A DNA stretch of 64,000 bases. It comes from Camelus ferus. Its lineage: Eukaryota. The notes under the pieces were generated by a model, which was given only the letters and a program-made list of their open reading frames with translations, did not search any database and was not told the origin of the DNA. Where the stretch lies: assembly GCF_009834535.1 (NCBI RefSeq), contig NC_045697.1:78308001-78372000 (forward strand), given 5' to 3'. The position numbers were made by a program, and so were the translations under genes. Shown one piece after another: positions 51,801 through 64,000 of this stretch (the first letter of the stretch is position 1; every line of letters starts with the position of its first letter).

Positions 51801-52652
51801 TTCTTTCCTTTTTTTTTTTTTTTTGGATCAAAATTACTGCCTATGGATCATTAAATCATTAAAATGAAGGTGAGTGTACTTAGAAATTCCTCCATTTAAA
51901 GTGTTTGGTTATACGTAAGGGAAAGAACAGTATATAACGTATTAAAGAGCAAGGATAAAATATCGGCAACATTAACCTTCCTCTTAAGCTGGTGGTAGAC
52001 AGAACACTGGCATCCTGCAAAAGTCCTGTAGCCCTTTTAAACTATTCAGAATTTGGGCTCCTCAGGCTAGCTTAGAAACACACAGCACTGCTGCTGAAGA
52101 TTGGAAAAAGAGCTTGAGGTCAGAGGTCGACACAGTGAGAGAGTTTGCTCTTTAAGAGGTTATCTGTGGATCTGCAAAGCCAAAGTGTAATTGGGTTTTG
52201 TGATGTGATTTTAGTGTGTAATTGTATATGATCTTAGATAGTTTCAAAGACAAGCTTGGAAGATTTTTCTAGCCTGTTTGTGATAGCAATTTTAGGGATT
52301 GTGTGCAATCTTAGATGGACAATTCAAAATGATCAAAAATAGCCATTAGACGTAATACAGCAAGTGCTTGATTCACCCTAATTATAATTTCAGCACATTG
52401 ATTTTACTGCAACGTGTGCTTTCTTTTTAGGACATTACCTTGGCTAGGAAAATAAAGATACTTAATTTTCATCACTGGTATCAGTATAGCCAATTTTATA
52501 TCATCAGCACTGTTCTCTGTGTTTCAGAGTCTGAATTTACTTGAGGATTACTGAATCATTTTAAAGAAAGAAAAAAGTTAAAGCATTGCAATTGAATGTC
52601 TAGGATTCTTTTTGTGGCTGAATTTGTCAAGTTTCTGATTCTTGACTGTCCT

Positions 52653-52686
52653 AAACAATAAGGAAATAAGCATTTCCTTATTGTTT
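52653..52686. repeat. Perfect 15-bp inverted repeat with a 4-nt spacer
   Basis: aaacaataaggaaat-aagc-atttccttattgttt. Confidence 0.95.
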
Positions 52687-54199
52687 TGGTTGTTTAGGGT
52701 TGCCTTGATTAAGCTGTCACTGCTGTCAGTTATGTTCTTATAAGCCTGGTTGGATCTATTTCATGTTAGGAAAAAGCTCTGATAAATCCGGGAAAGCTTA
52801 ATGTTTATCCAATGTGAAAATAATTACTCAAAAGTGTTATTCTTAATCCAGATAATTAGAGTGAGGAAGGAAAGATCAGTGTCATTGTGAATTATGCCCC
52901 AGCAATTGACTCTTGGTCCTTGTAAGTTTCAGGTGAAGATGTGAATGGATAAAGGTTAGATTAAACATAATCCAAAGTAGCTGCAGCCTTAATCTGTTAT
53001 GATACAAGGATGATCACTTAAAAAGAGCTGGATTGTGGGATTGTTTCTGGTTGGATAAGATGCTGCTCGACTGGGACTAGTCTTAAAACATGCTTAGCAC
53101 CATGTCACTGCAGCTGTAAGCACTTGTGCACGACTGCAGCCTGCCACAACTAACAGGCGTTCCTGGGCTCAAGCTGTACGTCAGAGTATCATACTTTCAC
53201 AATATCTGGGCTTCACATTAACATGCCTTTCAATGGTCTGCATGGAAAAAATATTTCCTGTGACCTTTGTGGCATCTCTTCATGGTTGTAATAAGCATGA
53301 ATTTGGAATCTGCTAAAACTCTGGTATAAAGTACGCAGCCATTTATTAACATACAATTAGAGGATATATTTGTAATTGAGCTTATTTTTGCTCCATTTCA
53401 ACATAGGAACTCTATTGTAAATATGATTCTTTAAGGAGATTCACAGCGTTCATAGAACTAGTTATCTATCAAGCATTTTGAAAATGAAGTTAATCTTTTC
53501 TAAATATTTCTGTGGAGTTAAAAAAGAATTTTTTTGAAGTATGGGTAATGAGATCCAAAAAGGCTTTTAATACATGATGCAAAATCTAGCCTTTTATTTT
53601 TTAATTGAAAGGAAAAAATATTTGGAGTTTCATCTATTTCTCCTGATAAATCTCAGAAATTTAATATGCTTAATTTCTGAATTGTTACGTTGGTTTGCTT
53701 TGATTACAGAAAATGGAATAAAATTTTTTTAAGCAATTGTCATGTGAAACCTTATTGCTTAAATTGAAATGTATTGCTATTTTATGACAAATGAATTTTA
53801 TTTAATGCTTAAATGAACAGTTAATAATTTGTATGATTATTGATTTCTCTCTCAAGTAAAATTATGTTGTGTCACATTTGTTGCCAAATAGTTAAGAAAA
53901 TAACTATTGCAATATGAAAAGTTACTAAAGTGAATTTTTTTAACACATTTCACTTACTTGGAATAATCGAATTTCCAAAAGATTAGCTTGGATATTTTTA
54001 TAAAGTGTATTTTAATAAATATCACTCTAATATATCAATATATTTTTAACCTTCATTGAAATCCAAATTTACTCCATCTGATACTTGTCCTTGGACATAA
54101 CATAATATCTTATAAATGTATCAGATATGTTTTATAGTGACATGAATGACTTCAATATGTATTTGTGTAAAATTTATTTTTCAAAGACCATGAACATTG

Positions 54200-54545
54200 G
54201 GCATTCACCACCCACATTTAAACACTAAATTTTACCAAGGGCCTGATATGTGCCAAATGGTGGTCTAGGGGCTGTGACTATAGCAGTGAACAAAACAAAC
54301 TCCCTGCTTTCACAAAGCTTAAATTTTTGTGAGTAGAGAGAAGAAGTGAGATAAAAAGTATATGTACAATATTGCAAAAGAGTGGCAAATGTGATGAAGA
54401 AAACTGGATGGTGAGGGGTTTGGGAATGGGGTGTGGCGAGTCACTATTTAAGATGAGGCTAGGGATGGCCTCAAAGAGAAGATGACATTTGTGAAAAGAC
54501 CTGAAGGGTAAGAGAAAAAGGGTCCTGTGGTAGTCTTGGCTAAGC
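54200..54545 (-). mobile_element. L2 3' end
   Basis: gcctgatatgtgccaaa...ctaggggctgtgactatagcagtgaacaaaacaaactccctgctttcac. Confidence 0.85.
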
Positions 54546-56559
54546 ATGTGCTAGCTTCCAGGTAATTGCTCTTTCTTGGTAAACAGAGTAATTTAACCAG
54601 GTGGATTTTTCATTGGTTATTCAAAACATAGTTATCATTTTAGAATTTACTGATGAGTTTTACTAGATTTTTCTCTATATCAAAAATATATATTAAAATC
54701 GAAAAATCTGCAATAAGCTACATTTCTAAAATATTTGTAAACACATCATTTGATTGATTTTGGAAGGGCACAAACATGTCCTTACCTTCCGGATAATGAT
54801 GGAAAGCATATAGCTCTCAGTCTTTAAGAAAACGTGCTTGTATTCTTGTATAGAAGAGTAAGAGCAAGAAGGAAGAATGTCTCGTGGTGCTTATTCAATT
54901 GCCTGTGAATGCTAGGGGCCAGAGGGATTGCGTTGTCATTGTATGTTCTCCCACCTATAGGCAGATGTCTCAAACCTGGCCTTGCCTTGTGAGTTAGGTA
55001 ATCTAATAGGCCTGAGGGCCAGCATACTTGGACATCTTGTCTACTTGACTTGTTGTCATTAGAACTCATTTCTTAATTTTCAATGCACTATTTCATTGCA
55101 GATATACTCAAGAGAAGTTGCATTTTATATTTTCATCATTTATTCACATTTCAATAAAAATATATTTATCTGATAATCACTGCAGGAAAGAATTTGCTAA
55201 GGAGGAAAGGAGAATGAACATGCAGTTACTAAGTTCCCAGACAAGGAGAGGAAGATGAGGGACACAACTGAGAGAAGAAAACTTAGGGAAAGGGGAAGCT
55301 GAAGTTATTAAAGACAACATTTACCAATTCACAATTCTAGAACGAGCGCTTCTAGGAAAAGCTCTAGCCAATAGTCTATTAGGACTGCCTTATAGCAAAG
55401 ACAGAATGAAGCACAGTAAAAGGTAAAGTCAGATGAGGGTGCAGAGGTCCAGAGAGAAGTGACAGCCTTTGCCCAGGTTCGTGCGCACAGTATCGGCAGA
55501 GCTTGAACTACTCCCAGTGTAGTGCACCAGAACAGCAAATGGCTCGTTGACTGGTGCACACAGTCTCAAATTTAGGAAAAGACAGTGTTCAAATGGTCAT
55601 CAAGCTTCTGTTTTCTCTTAAGAAAAAAGAAGCTATACTGAATAGTTAGGTTCAGAATAAAGCTGAACCATAATACACCTGAGCCCCAAATTCTGAGGCC
55701 TCTGTACAATAATCATTTTTGAGCCCAAGTTGCCATAAGCCTGAATCCTACTGAACACACCATGGTATTCCCTTCCTCTAATCCTTGACTCTTCAGCTGA
55801 AAGACTTGAGGATTCTTGAGAGAAAGGAATTTGTGTAGAGGTGATGGCTGCCAGGAAGACCCCAAGGCAGGGCCAACTGGGGAGACTGGGTAACATCTCT
55901 TGGTGTGGTTCTCTGGAGATGGGAGTAGGGTAGCAGGTAAAAAGTCTGGGCACTAGGCTCACCAGCAGCAGCTCTCACAGCTGCTAAGGGAAGATTTGAT
56001 GGCCACTGAAGATGGGACCACATGGGCAGAACAGCACAACACTATTATGCATTGGGTAGCTACTACTCAGATGTACTTAGGGCAGAGACAGCCCTTGGCT
56101 GGTGTGGTTGGCACCACTGTCTCCTTTATTGTTCCTTGGGAGAGGGTGGAGGAGTTATCAGTCTGTTGGTCTAGAATTAAAATGCAATATTGTGATTTTT
56201 AAATGATTCATCCAAAAATAATTATTTGTCCTCATGAAACAATTAAATCCTCCCTCACAGGTAGAAGAAGAGAAGTTTGAACTTTATGATGATAAGAAAT
56301 TGGCATTTAGATAAGACATTCACCAGGGTTCAATCTAAACACAGAATGTTTGCCTTGGCAGAAGGCATGTAACTTAGCAGTACCTTTCAGAAAGACAAGG
56401 GGGAGATATCACATGATCACCTCAACTGACTCAGTATGCAAAACAAATACAAATTATTAGTATATTAGAAACAGGAATCAAAGCAACCTCATGAATATAA
56501 AAAGATCATTAATTGTATTTTTTCATGTCTAAGGAGTAACTTCACAATTGTTTGTACCT

Positions 56560-58270
56560 CAGGTGTGATTAAAGACGACATTTCACTTACAGGTCATCTA
56601 TTATGCCCAGTTCCTTAAACTAAGAAATAAAGGACAAAGGTGGTCATTATTACTAATAATGATTTAATGTCTGAAAGTTCTTGACAAGAAAACAACACAA
56701 GAACAGATATAAAAGCTATACTATCAGGAAGAATACAAATCCATCGTTAGGAGCAGATTATATTACTTATGTTAAAACACCATAAACGCAATAAAAGAGC
56801 AAGTAGTAACTTGGGAAAATGTTAGCAATATATATGACAGGCAAAGAAGTAGACTTCTGAAATATGAAAAACTCTTAAAAATGAAAGGGAATAGTCTCCA
56901 CAGGAAAATGGCAACATTTAAAAAAAAAAGAAAAAAGAAAGAAAGGGAGAGAGAGATAAATCAGAAAAACACATCCCTAATTTGTGAAAAGGAGAAAGCT
57001 CCATTTCATTAATGTTCAAATTAGAATAACTATAAAATATCACTTGTTTTGTGTTAGTTATCTAGTGCTGTGCAATCAACTACCCCAAAACTTAGCGGTT
57101 TAAATAACAAACATTTATTATCTCATATTTTCAGTGGGTGAGGAATCCAGATGTGGCTTAGTTCCTCGAGCTCAGAATCTCTTACAAGGGTGCAATGGAA
57201 TTATCATTTGAACTGGAGTCATCTCCTAGTCTGACTAGGGGACTATTTGACCTTAATGCCACTCATGTGGCTGTTGGCAGACTGCTGGTTCTCCCTGGCT
57301 GTTGGCCAGAGATATCAGTTCCTTGCCATGTGCATCTTTTCACAGAGCTTCTCACAACAGGCAGCTTTTCACAGGGGAGAGGGAGGGAGAGGAAGAGAGC
57401 CCAAGATGGAAACCACTGTCTCTTTGGAACCTAATTTTGGTAGTGGCATCCCCAGCCCCTTGCTTCAATAATATTCTATTGAATAGAAGTAAATCAGGAA
57501 TCCAGACCAACTCAAGGGGAGAGGATCACACAAGGGTGTGACTACCCTAGGGCAGGAGTCACTGGGGGCTATTTTGGAGACTATGCATTCACACCTCCCA
57601 CTAAACAGCAAGGATCAAAAATAAACAATTAAAGACATCAACTGGCAAAAACCTTTGTGTCATAAAGGGCAAGGTGGAATATAGGCTGGTAAGGGTATAC
57701 ATTGGCATAAACATTCTGAAGACTGTTTTGTCTGACATATAATAAAATGTTCATACTCTTGGACCCATAATTACATTTCCAGAAATTTATCATAAGGATA
57801 AAAGATGAGACACACACAAAGATTTATGTGAAGGAATATTCATCAGAGCCTTATTTATAACAACAGAAAGTAATAAACTAACTTCCACAAATAAAGGAAA
57901 GGTAAAGTGATTCACAGTTAAATATGGATGATAGAATATTTTAATCACTTTACAATGTCTCCAAAATAGATTTCACACCAATTAGTAAAGGATTACAATG
58001 TTGTTAAACAAGCAAACAAAAATATTGCAAACTCCTATGTAGTATGATTTTTATTGTAATAAAAATTTTTGCATAAAATATGTATATATACATAAAAATG
58101 TATATTTTATATAAATAAATATATACATATACATACATAGAGACAGAGAGAGTTATCAGTAAAACTATTACCAGTATGTAGCCTTGGGCAAGAAGATTAG
58201 AGGAATTGTGAGTGAAACTTTTAAAAACATAGTTTGATTTGTAAAAATGTCTGTGTGTACAAAAAGGAGC
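56560..58270 (+). mobile_element. Old L1 (L1ME-like) ORF2 end/3' region, interrupted by an MLT1 LTR
   Basis: ttgggaaaatgttagcaatatatatgacag; tgttcatactcttggacccataattacatttccagaaatttatc. Confidence 0.7.
57050..57593 (-). mobile_element. MLT1 (MLT1F-like) solo LTR
   Basis: tgtgttagttatctagtgctgtg...ccccaaaacttagcggtttaaa...ggatcacacaagggtgtgactacc. Confidence 0.88.
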
Positions 58271-58839
58271 TTTCCTAATATTTTTTTTGCTCCTTCATTT
58301 TCTCTGTCCAGTGCAAAGTAGAGGGTTGTGGTTTAACATAAAGACATGATTAGCTCCATTGGCAGCAGCATGTGCAGCCACTCTAATTGGTGGTACCCCG
58401 CATGGTGGGCAGGACCCAAACTGTGGCAGCCACAGGCTGAGAGCTCTTTCCTTACCAGTATTAGTCTTGGCTAAAATGCTATGTGATGATAACAAATGCT
58501 GTACTACAAAAGTAATTTCATGTTGGCATACATTTAACATTATTTGATACTTTTTAGCTGAAGTTACTGAGTTTTAGTTATGCTTCTTAATATGAATCTA
58601 GTATAAATCTTGCATAAATCTTCAAGAAGTCAAATCTCACAACTGTCAGTTAACATTTTTCAAATCACCGTAACGTGTTTGAAAGTAGAGTAGGTAAGCA
58701 TTTGAAACAAAGAGATCGATCAGGAAAATGCTTATTCTTAACTTTGGTGGCTTTAGATATCCACTTTGAGATTTCACTTCTAACCAAGTCCAGCCCATTA
58801 CCTCATCCTGTGGAAATCATTTCTTTAACGTCTGCTTCT

Positions 58840-58971
58840 CCCGCTAAATTGTGAGAAATATGAGGTCCAGACATTATCTGCCTTCTCATCTATCTATTTC
58901 TAGTACCTTAGCACACTGCCTGGAGCTTCTCAGGGACACCATAGCTCTTTATTAATTGAATGAATGAATGA
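58840..58971 (+). mobile_element. L2 3' end
   Basis: ctagtaccttagcacactgcctgg...ttgaatgaatgaatgaa. Confidence 0.75.
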
Positions 58972-59326
58972 AACTCTGGGCATTTGAGTCTGTTTATGAT
59001 AACATGTCTGGGACCTTTCACCTTGTTTCTGCCCTGTTTCCATTCTCCCCAAGACAGGGAAATTAACAACCCATGATAACAGTCTATTAGCTTTGATAAC
59101 ATTCTTTGTCCCAACTTTTGTTCCACCCCAGCACAAAACACTGAGCAAGGAAGATAACTGTCCAAATAACAAACTAAAGCTAGCCAATTCTGGTAGGACA
59201 CTTGGTTTTGTTTCATTAAGTAACACAAAGTATCTGTTATATTTGTCTTTTTCTGTTACTTGGTTAAATGTGTTGGGTCTTTGGTCATTGTGTTTTTATG
59301 TACATCAGTCTCTCCTGGAGTTCAAG

Positions 59327-59328
<2 letters not shown>

Positions 59329-59370
<42 letters not shown>
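59329..59370. repeat. (GT)n microsatellite
   Basis: Directly visible. Confidence 0.95.
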
Positions 59371-59373
<3 letters not shown>

Positions 59374-59375
59374 AG

Positions 59376-59864
59376 TGTAGCAGGCAGAATAATGGCCCCT
59401 GAATATGCCCATGCCCTAATTTCTGGAACTTGTGAATATGTTACCTTGCACAGCAGAAAGGACTTTGTAGATATGATTAAAGGTACAGACTTTGAGATGG
59501 AGGGATTTCCCTGATATGTGATGAACTCAATCTAATCGCACGTGTGCTTTAAAAGTGGAGAAACTTTTCCAGCAGTGGTTAGAGATGTGACAACGGAAGA
59601 AGAATCAGAGCGATGTGACATTGTGTCTTCGAAGATGGAGGACGGATGCCCCAAGTCAACGAGGGTCAGAGGTCTCTAGAAGCTGGAAAACCAAGGAAAT
59701 ATATTCTCCCCTTTAGTCTCCAAAAGGATCATAGCCCTGCCAACACTTTGATTTTGACCCTGAGAGATCCCAGTAGGATTTCTGACCTACTGAACTGTAA
59801 GGTAGTATCTTGTGCTAAGTCATTAAGTTTGTCATTTGTTACAATAACATAGACAATAAATGCA
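59376..59864 (+). mobile_element. MLT1D-like solo LTR
   Basis: tgtagcaggcagaataatggcccc...tgtgaatatgttaccttgca...tctagaagctggaaaa...gccctgccaacactttgatttt. Confidence 0.92.
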
Positions 59865-60639
59865 GTGATGCTGTGATTAAATTCCTGTCAATCTATTTGC
59901 TTAGGTCTAAGATAGTCATTTTAATATAGACATTTATTCAAAAATTATATCTTTATATTGGCTTACTGTTTGGCTAAGTACATTTAAATGCATATGGATT
60001 TTATAGATTGGCCCTGTTGGTTAAAAGAAAATATACTCAGGTGGGCCAGATGGAATTTTAACAGGTGGTGTTTCCTTCCTGCTACTTTTTGGGGGATTTT
60101 CTGGGAATCATTATAAGTAGTTAAATTAGAGGATATGGTGCTGTGGATGTGTTTTCATTCTCCAAGGAGGTGGAGAAGAGCAGAAGGAGTCTGGGGGCTG
60201 GAAGTTTCCTTGGTACTTGTGGTCAGGTTGGTGAAATATTTTGTGGGCTTGTTGAATTTATATATGACTCTTTTAGTCATAATCTCTTGGCAATGTGACA
60301 ATAGTACCTTTTATCTCGAGTTTTCCAGTATTTGACTTGTTAACATCAACATAGGAATAAAAAGATGAAAACAAGAAACTCAAAGGTTAAGCAAATTATA
60401 CCAGATCATGGTTAAAATTGAGTTCGAGGTTAAACTTGGTTTCTTCCATTTCTACCTCTATTATTTAACCATGATGAAAAAAATAAGTCAATGCTCAAAA
60501 CGTTAAGAAGCAACCAATTTTATATAAATTCTTTACTTTTTACAAAGTATTTCTTTTTAAGAAATTTTGTAAGATTTCAACTATGTAAAGTGCCACGAAT
60601 ATCTTCAAGTTCAGAAATACTTTTTCTTCAGTTTGGCAT

Positions 60640-61059
60640 ACATGCTGGTCTTCTATTACTGTTCTAACAAAGTACCACAAACATGAGGGCTTAAAAACAA
60701 CACAGATTTATTCTCTTAGGTGCAAAAATCAAGGTGTTGGTGGGGCCGGAGACTCCAGAAGAGAATCTGTTTCATTGACTTCTCTGCCTTCTAGAGAATG
60801 CTCGAATTCTTCGTCTCGTGAGCGCGTCACTCTGACCTACTGCGTCTGTCACCACATCTCCTCCTCCCCCTTATAAGGGTCTGTGTGATTACCTCAGGTC
60901 CATTCAGATAATCCAGGATAATCTCCCCATTTCAAAACCCTTAATGCAATCACACCCACAAGCCCCTTTTGCATTATGAGGTGATGTTCAGAGGTCCCAG
61001 GGATTAGGATGTGACGTATTGAGTGAGGGTGGGGAGGTGGCTGTTTTCAGCCCACGACG
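60640..61059 (-). mobile_element. MLT1B-like solo LTR
   Basis: taacaaagtaccacaaac...ggcttaaaaacaacacagatttattctctt...gataatccaggataatctccccat. Confidence 0.9.
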
Positions 61060-62169
61060 GTATAAACCAGAAATCACAGATGCTCTGAAACCTCTCAGTA
61101 TCATCCTTACCTTTGAAGTCCTGACTCTCCTTCTGCAAGGCCATTCCCTATAAAACTCCCTGGTTGTTGTTTCAACCAAGACACTACATGGAATTCACAG
61201 AGTAATAGCACTAAAATGTGTGAGGCTTGCGAATTATTTCGTCTGCAACTTTTTGAATCAATGAGGAAACAGATGAATACTTTTACTTTGTTAGCTCAAA
61301 GTTACCTGCAAAGCTTAGAGGCAGAGCGAGGGCCAAGACAGGGCAAAGGGAATAACAGTTACTGGGTGCCCATATTTGCCAGAATCTATATGTTTTGTAA
61401 ATCTCCTGGGTCAGTCTTATTACTTTCAAATGTTTAGATACAGAAAGTAAGACTAAGAAAATAACTGACTCACCTAAGAGCACACAGATATTCTCATAAA
61501 CCTGAGTCCTGCTCATTAATATCCACTGCCCCTTCCTGTATTACTTTGCCCTGTTGAGCTCAAGTGTAGATATGCCATTTGCTTTAGTCAATGGATTGTG
61601 TCTCCTCCAATCTGAATTTTTAAAAGCTAGTGCTTGCTTTGCCATACTCCTTTTTTATCTTGCCACAATAACTGGCCATGTTGTCAATAAAACATGCTTT
61701 GTTAGCCTGGGTCTTAAGGGGAAATGACCCGGACAATAGTAGATGCTCCAAGCAAGAAGTAAGCCTACTGTATTGCAGGCCACTGAGCTTTGGAGGTCCT
61801 TTGTTACTCCTGTCTAACCTAACTTACCCATCTGAAGCAGTTATAGTGTCAGTGAAAGAATCTGAACTCAAGTCTTTCTGAATTCAAAGCCTATGTTCTA
61901 TAATCTAGACAACAGGCTCTTATGTTAGTGTTTATTTCTCCACATTGTGAGACACATGCAAGGTATGGGGAAACTATCTTAGACTATGGACTGGTTATAA
62001 AGACTTTGCCCTAAGTAAGTTTGTGGTATAGGTAGATATTAATATTTAAGAAGGACTAGATTATTACTGTCTTAAGCTTTTGTCATCAGTTATTTGAATA
62101 TACTTTCTGTGAAAGAAACTAAGCAATGATACTGGCCTTAGTAACAGATAATAAGCAATGGAGTGGAGA

Positions 62170-62330
62170 CTATGCTCAATAGTTGCCTTCTAGACATTAA
62201 CTTTCTTAATCCTCACAAAACCTCTGTCAAGTAGGTGTTACTATCCTCAACCCGCTTTTTAGATAAGAAAACTAAGGCACAAGCAGTAAACGGTAGAGCT
62301 TGCATTAGAACTGGCTATGCTCCTAAACCT
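62170..62330 (-). mobile_element. MIR SINE fragment
   Basis: ttaatcctcacaaaacctctgtcaagtaggtgttactatcc...ttagataagaaaactaaggcac. Confidence 0.8.
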
Positions 62331-64000
62331 TATTTAGCCCCCTTTTAATCAAACTTGTTAATTCATTCCAAATGTTCACAATCAAAACCAACACAATTAA
62401 TATATGGGAATTTAAGAGCACTGGAATATAAACTAAAATATACTTAAATTTTTGTATTGCAACTTCTGCTTTATGTAGAGCTTTACATACAGGTTGTTTC
62501 TCTTTGGCAAGATACTAGTCAATTCAAAGCACAAATCAAACCAGAACCAGATTGGTGCTTTTAAAGAAATGTCTGGCTGTCTGACTAAATTAATGGAGTA
62601 GCCATAATTAGATCTACAGTGTTCTGTAATCTCCCCCTGTAACTACCAGACTTGTTAATCACAACTACTCTCACTGTCACCATTTTTAAAGTCTCTGTCT
62701 ATTGCTTCAATTAAAATACAGATACATCTGTGCTACTGGTCTGTCTTTTTTCCATCTGTGCCACTATGATATCAGTTTGATTTGTCATCCCATTGGCTTT
62801 TGTAAAGAGCTAATAATTTTTTAAGTGTTAGATATGAAATTCAAGCACCATGCAGTCAAAGTCCCTGTATTCAGCAAAGCCTGTCATAAGGAGTGACTGA
62901 TGCATCGTTTCAGGTTTGAGAAAGCGGTTAGGAAATGGGCTGCTGGGACACCTGCCAGAAAGCGTGGGCCCTGCAAGACAGTGTTTCTGAAGCCAGGAGA
63001 CCTAACTGTGTAACACCTTAAGGTATAAAAAACATTTTTCTTTCAGAGTCCCTTGGTCACACAGACACATGGCACTGAGAACATGTCCTCTTTCTTAGCT
63101 GTTGACTAATATCAGTAACGAACAGATGCATTTCGACTTCCTGTGACTTACAGATGTCATGAGACCTCCACAACTGTATCACTTACTAACATTATAAAAA
63201 TCACTATTGATGATACAGTATCCAATGTTTCAAGGACAAGAGGAATAACCTCCTAAATCATCCATTAGTTCTTTTACTGTTAATGGTAAAAATCTTCAGC
63301 ATTCTAGTTTCTGCATAGTATTCTGACATATTTATGTTCCTTGTTCAGAAGGTTGAAGCTGTATTACTTACGGTGAAATTCCAAGTGTTCACAGTACATA
63401 AGCAGGAGCATTTATCAGAGGAGTGGTTTACTGAGTAATTGCCTAACATTTAGAGATTACTCTTCTGAATACTTTTCCTGCCCTCCTGCTCCTCACACAC
63501 CTTAGATATCACTGAGCCTCAAGTATCTGAAAGAAATAACAAGGACAGGAATAGTCAACTTGTGTATGTGAAAAAGATGGGCAGATGAAAATACAGCACT
63601 ATAAAAATACAGCATTTTGAGCTTCAAAAACAATTTGACATACATTTAGTCTAATAGTTAGGTTGAATTTTTATTTATTAAACCTATTTTTTTAATCATT
63701 TGGAAATCTGAACTCATTTGTTGTGATTTCTTTTAAAAGCTTAGCAAAGTGAGTGATGTTTTCTGGCTTGCTCTATAAAAGCAGAACATCACTAGGAAGA
63801 CTATTTCTCCATTAGTTGAAGGTTTTCTGTATTGCATTTCTTGTGCTTTACCCTGTGTTTTTGAGCCAATGCCATCAGTACATCTGGAATTAAAATTTAG
63901 AGTCTTAGAAAGACCGAAAGAGTAGTGTTAAATGAAACAAGAGAATGTTTTGATTTATTGGAATGCATAGTAAAAATCATGCATGAATTATGTATACCAG

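Larger units (their letters stand above)
50628..59265 (-). pseudogene. Tentative decayed GAIN-domain exons: about 59137-59265, 58456-58597, 54786-54844, 53958-54026, 51437-51533, 50628-50688
   Basis: Five segments end in GTAAG donors and three have good pyrimidine-AG acceptors. Translations follow latrophilin/EMR GAIN order: NQVTEKDK..QLSSLLSV / SILAKTNT-EYKHVFLKTESYMLSI / KYP..GNSI / FPKETIQK..KNGPDVYGSFYESIND / MNSSIVSAYL. Frameshifts must be assumed. Confidence 0.35.

Overview
AT-rich mammalian genomic DNA, most likely from a camelid, because it carries three tRNA-derived SINEs matching vic-1 and a young L1 3' end of camelid type. I recognise no intact protein-coding gene, rRNA, functional tRNA or CRISPR array; the supplied ORFs are chance ORFs or transposon fragments. 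A large share of the window is interspersed repeats: L1, L2, MIR, MaLR/ERVL/ERV1 LTRs and hAT MER5/MER58. These include a multi-level nested insertion at 5.4-10.3 kb and four same-orientation solo LTRs at 41.9-48.8 kb. The most interesting signal is tentative: colinear, stop- and frameshift-ridden minus-strand segments (about 59.3 kb down to 35.6 kb), several bounded by good splice sites, resembling the GAIN, GPS and 7TM regions of a latrophilin/EMR-type adhesion GPCR. This could be a long-dead gene. The alignments were made by eye against recalled sequences and are individually weak. A CpG-retaining ETS/E-box motif cluster at about 30.4-30.55 kb looks like a regulatory element. Repeat subfamily names and most boundaries are approximate.
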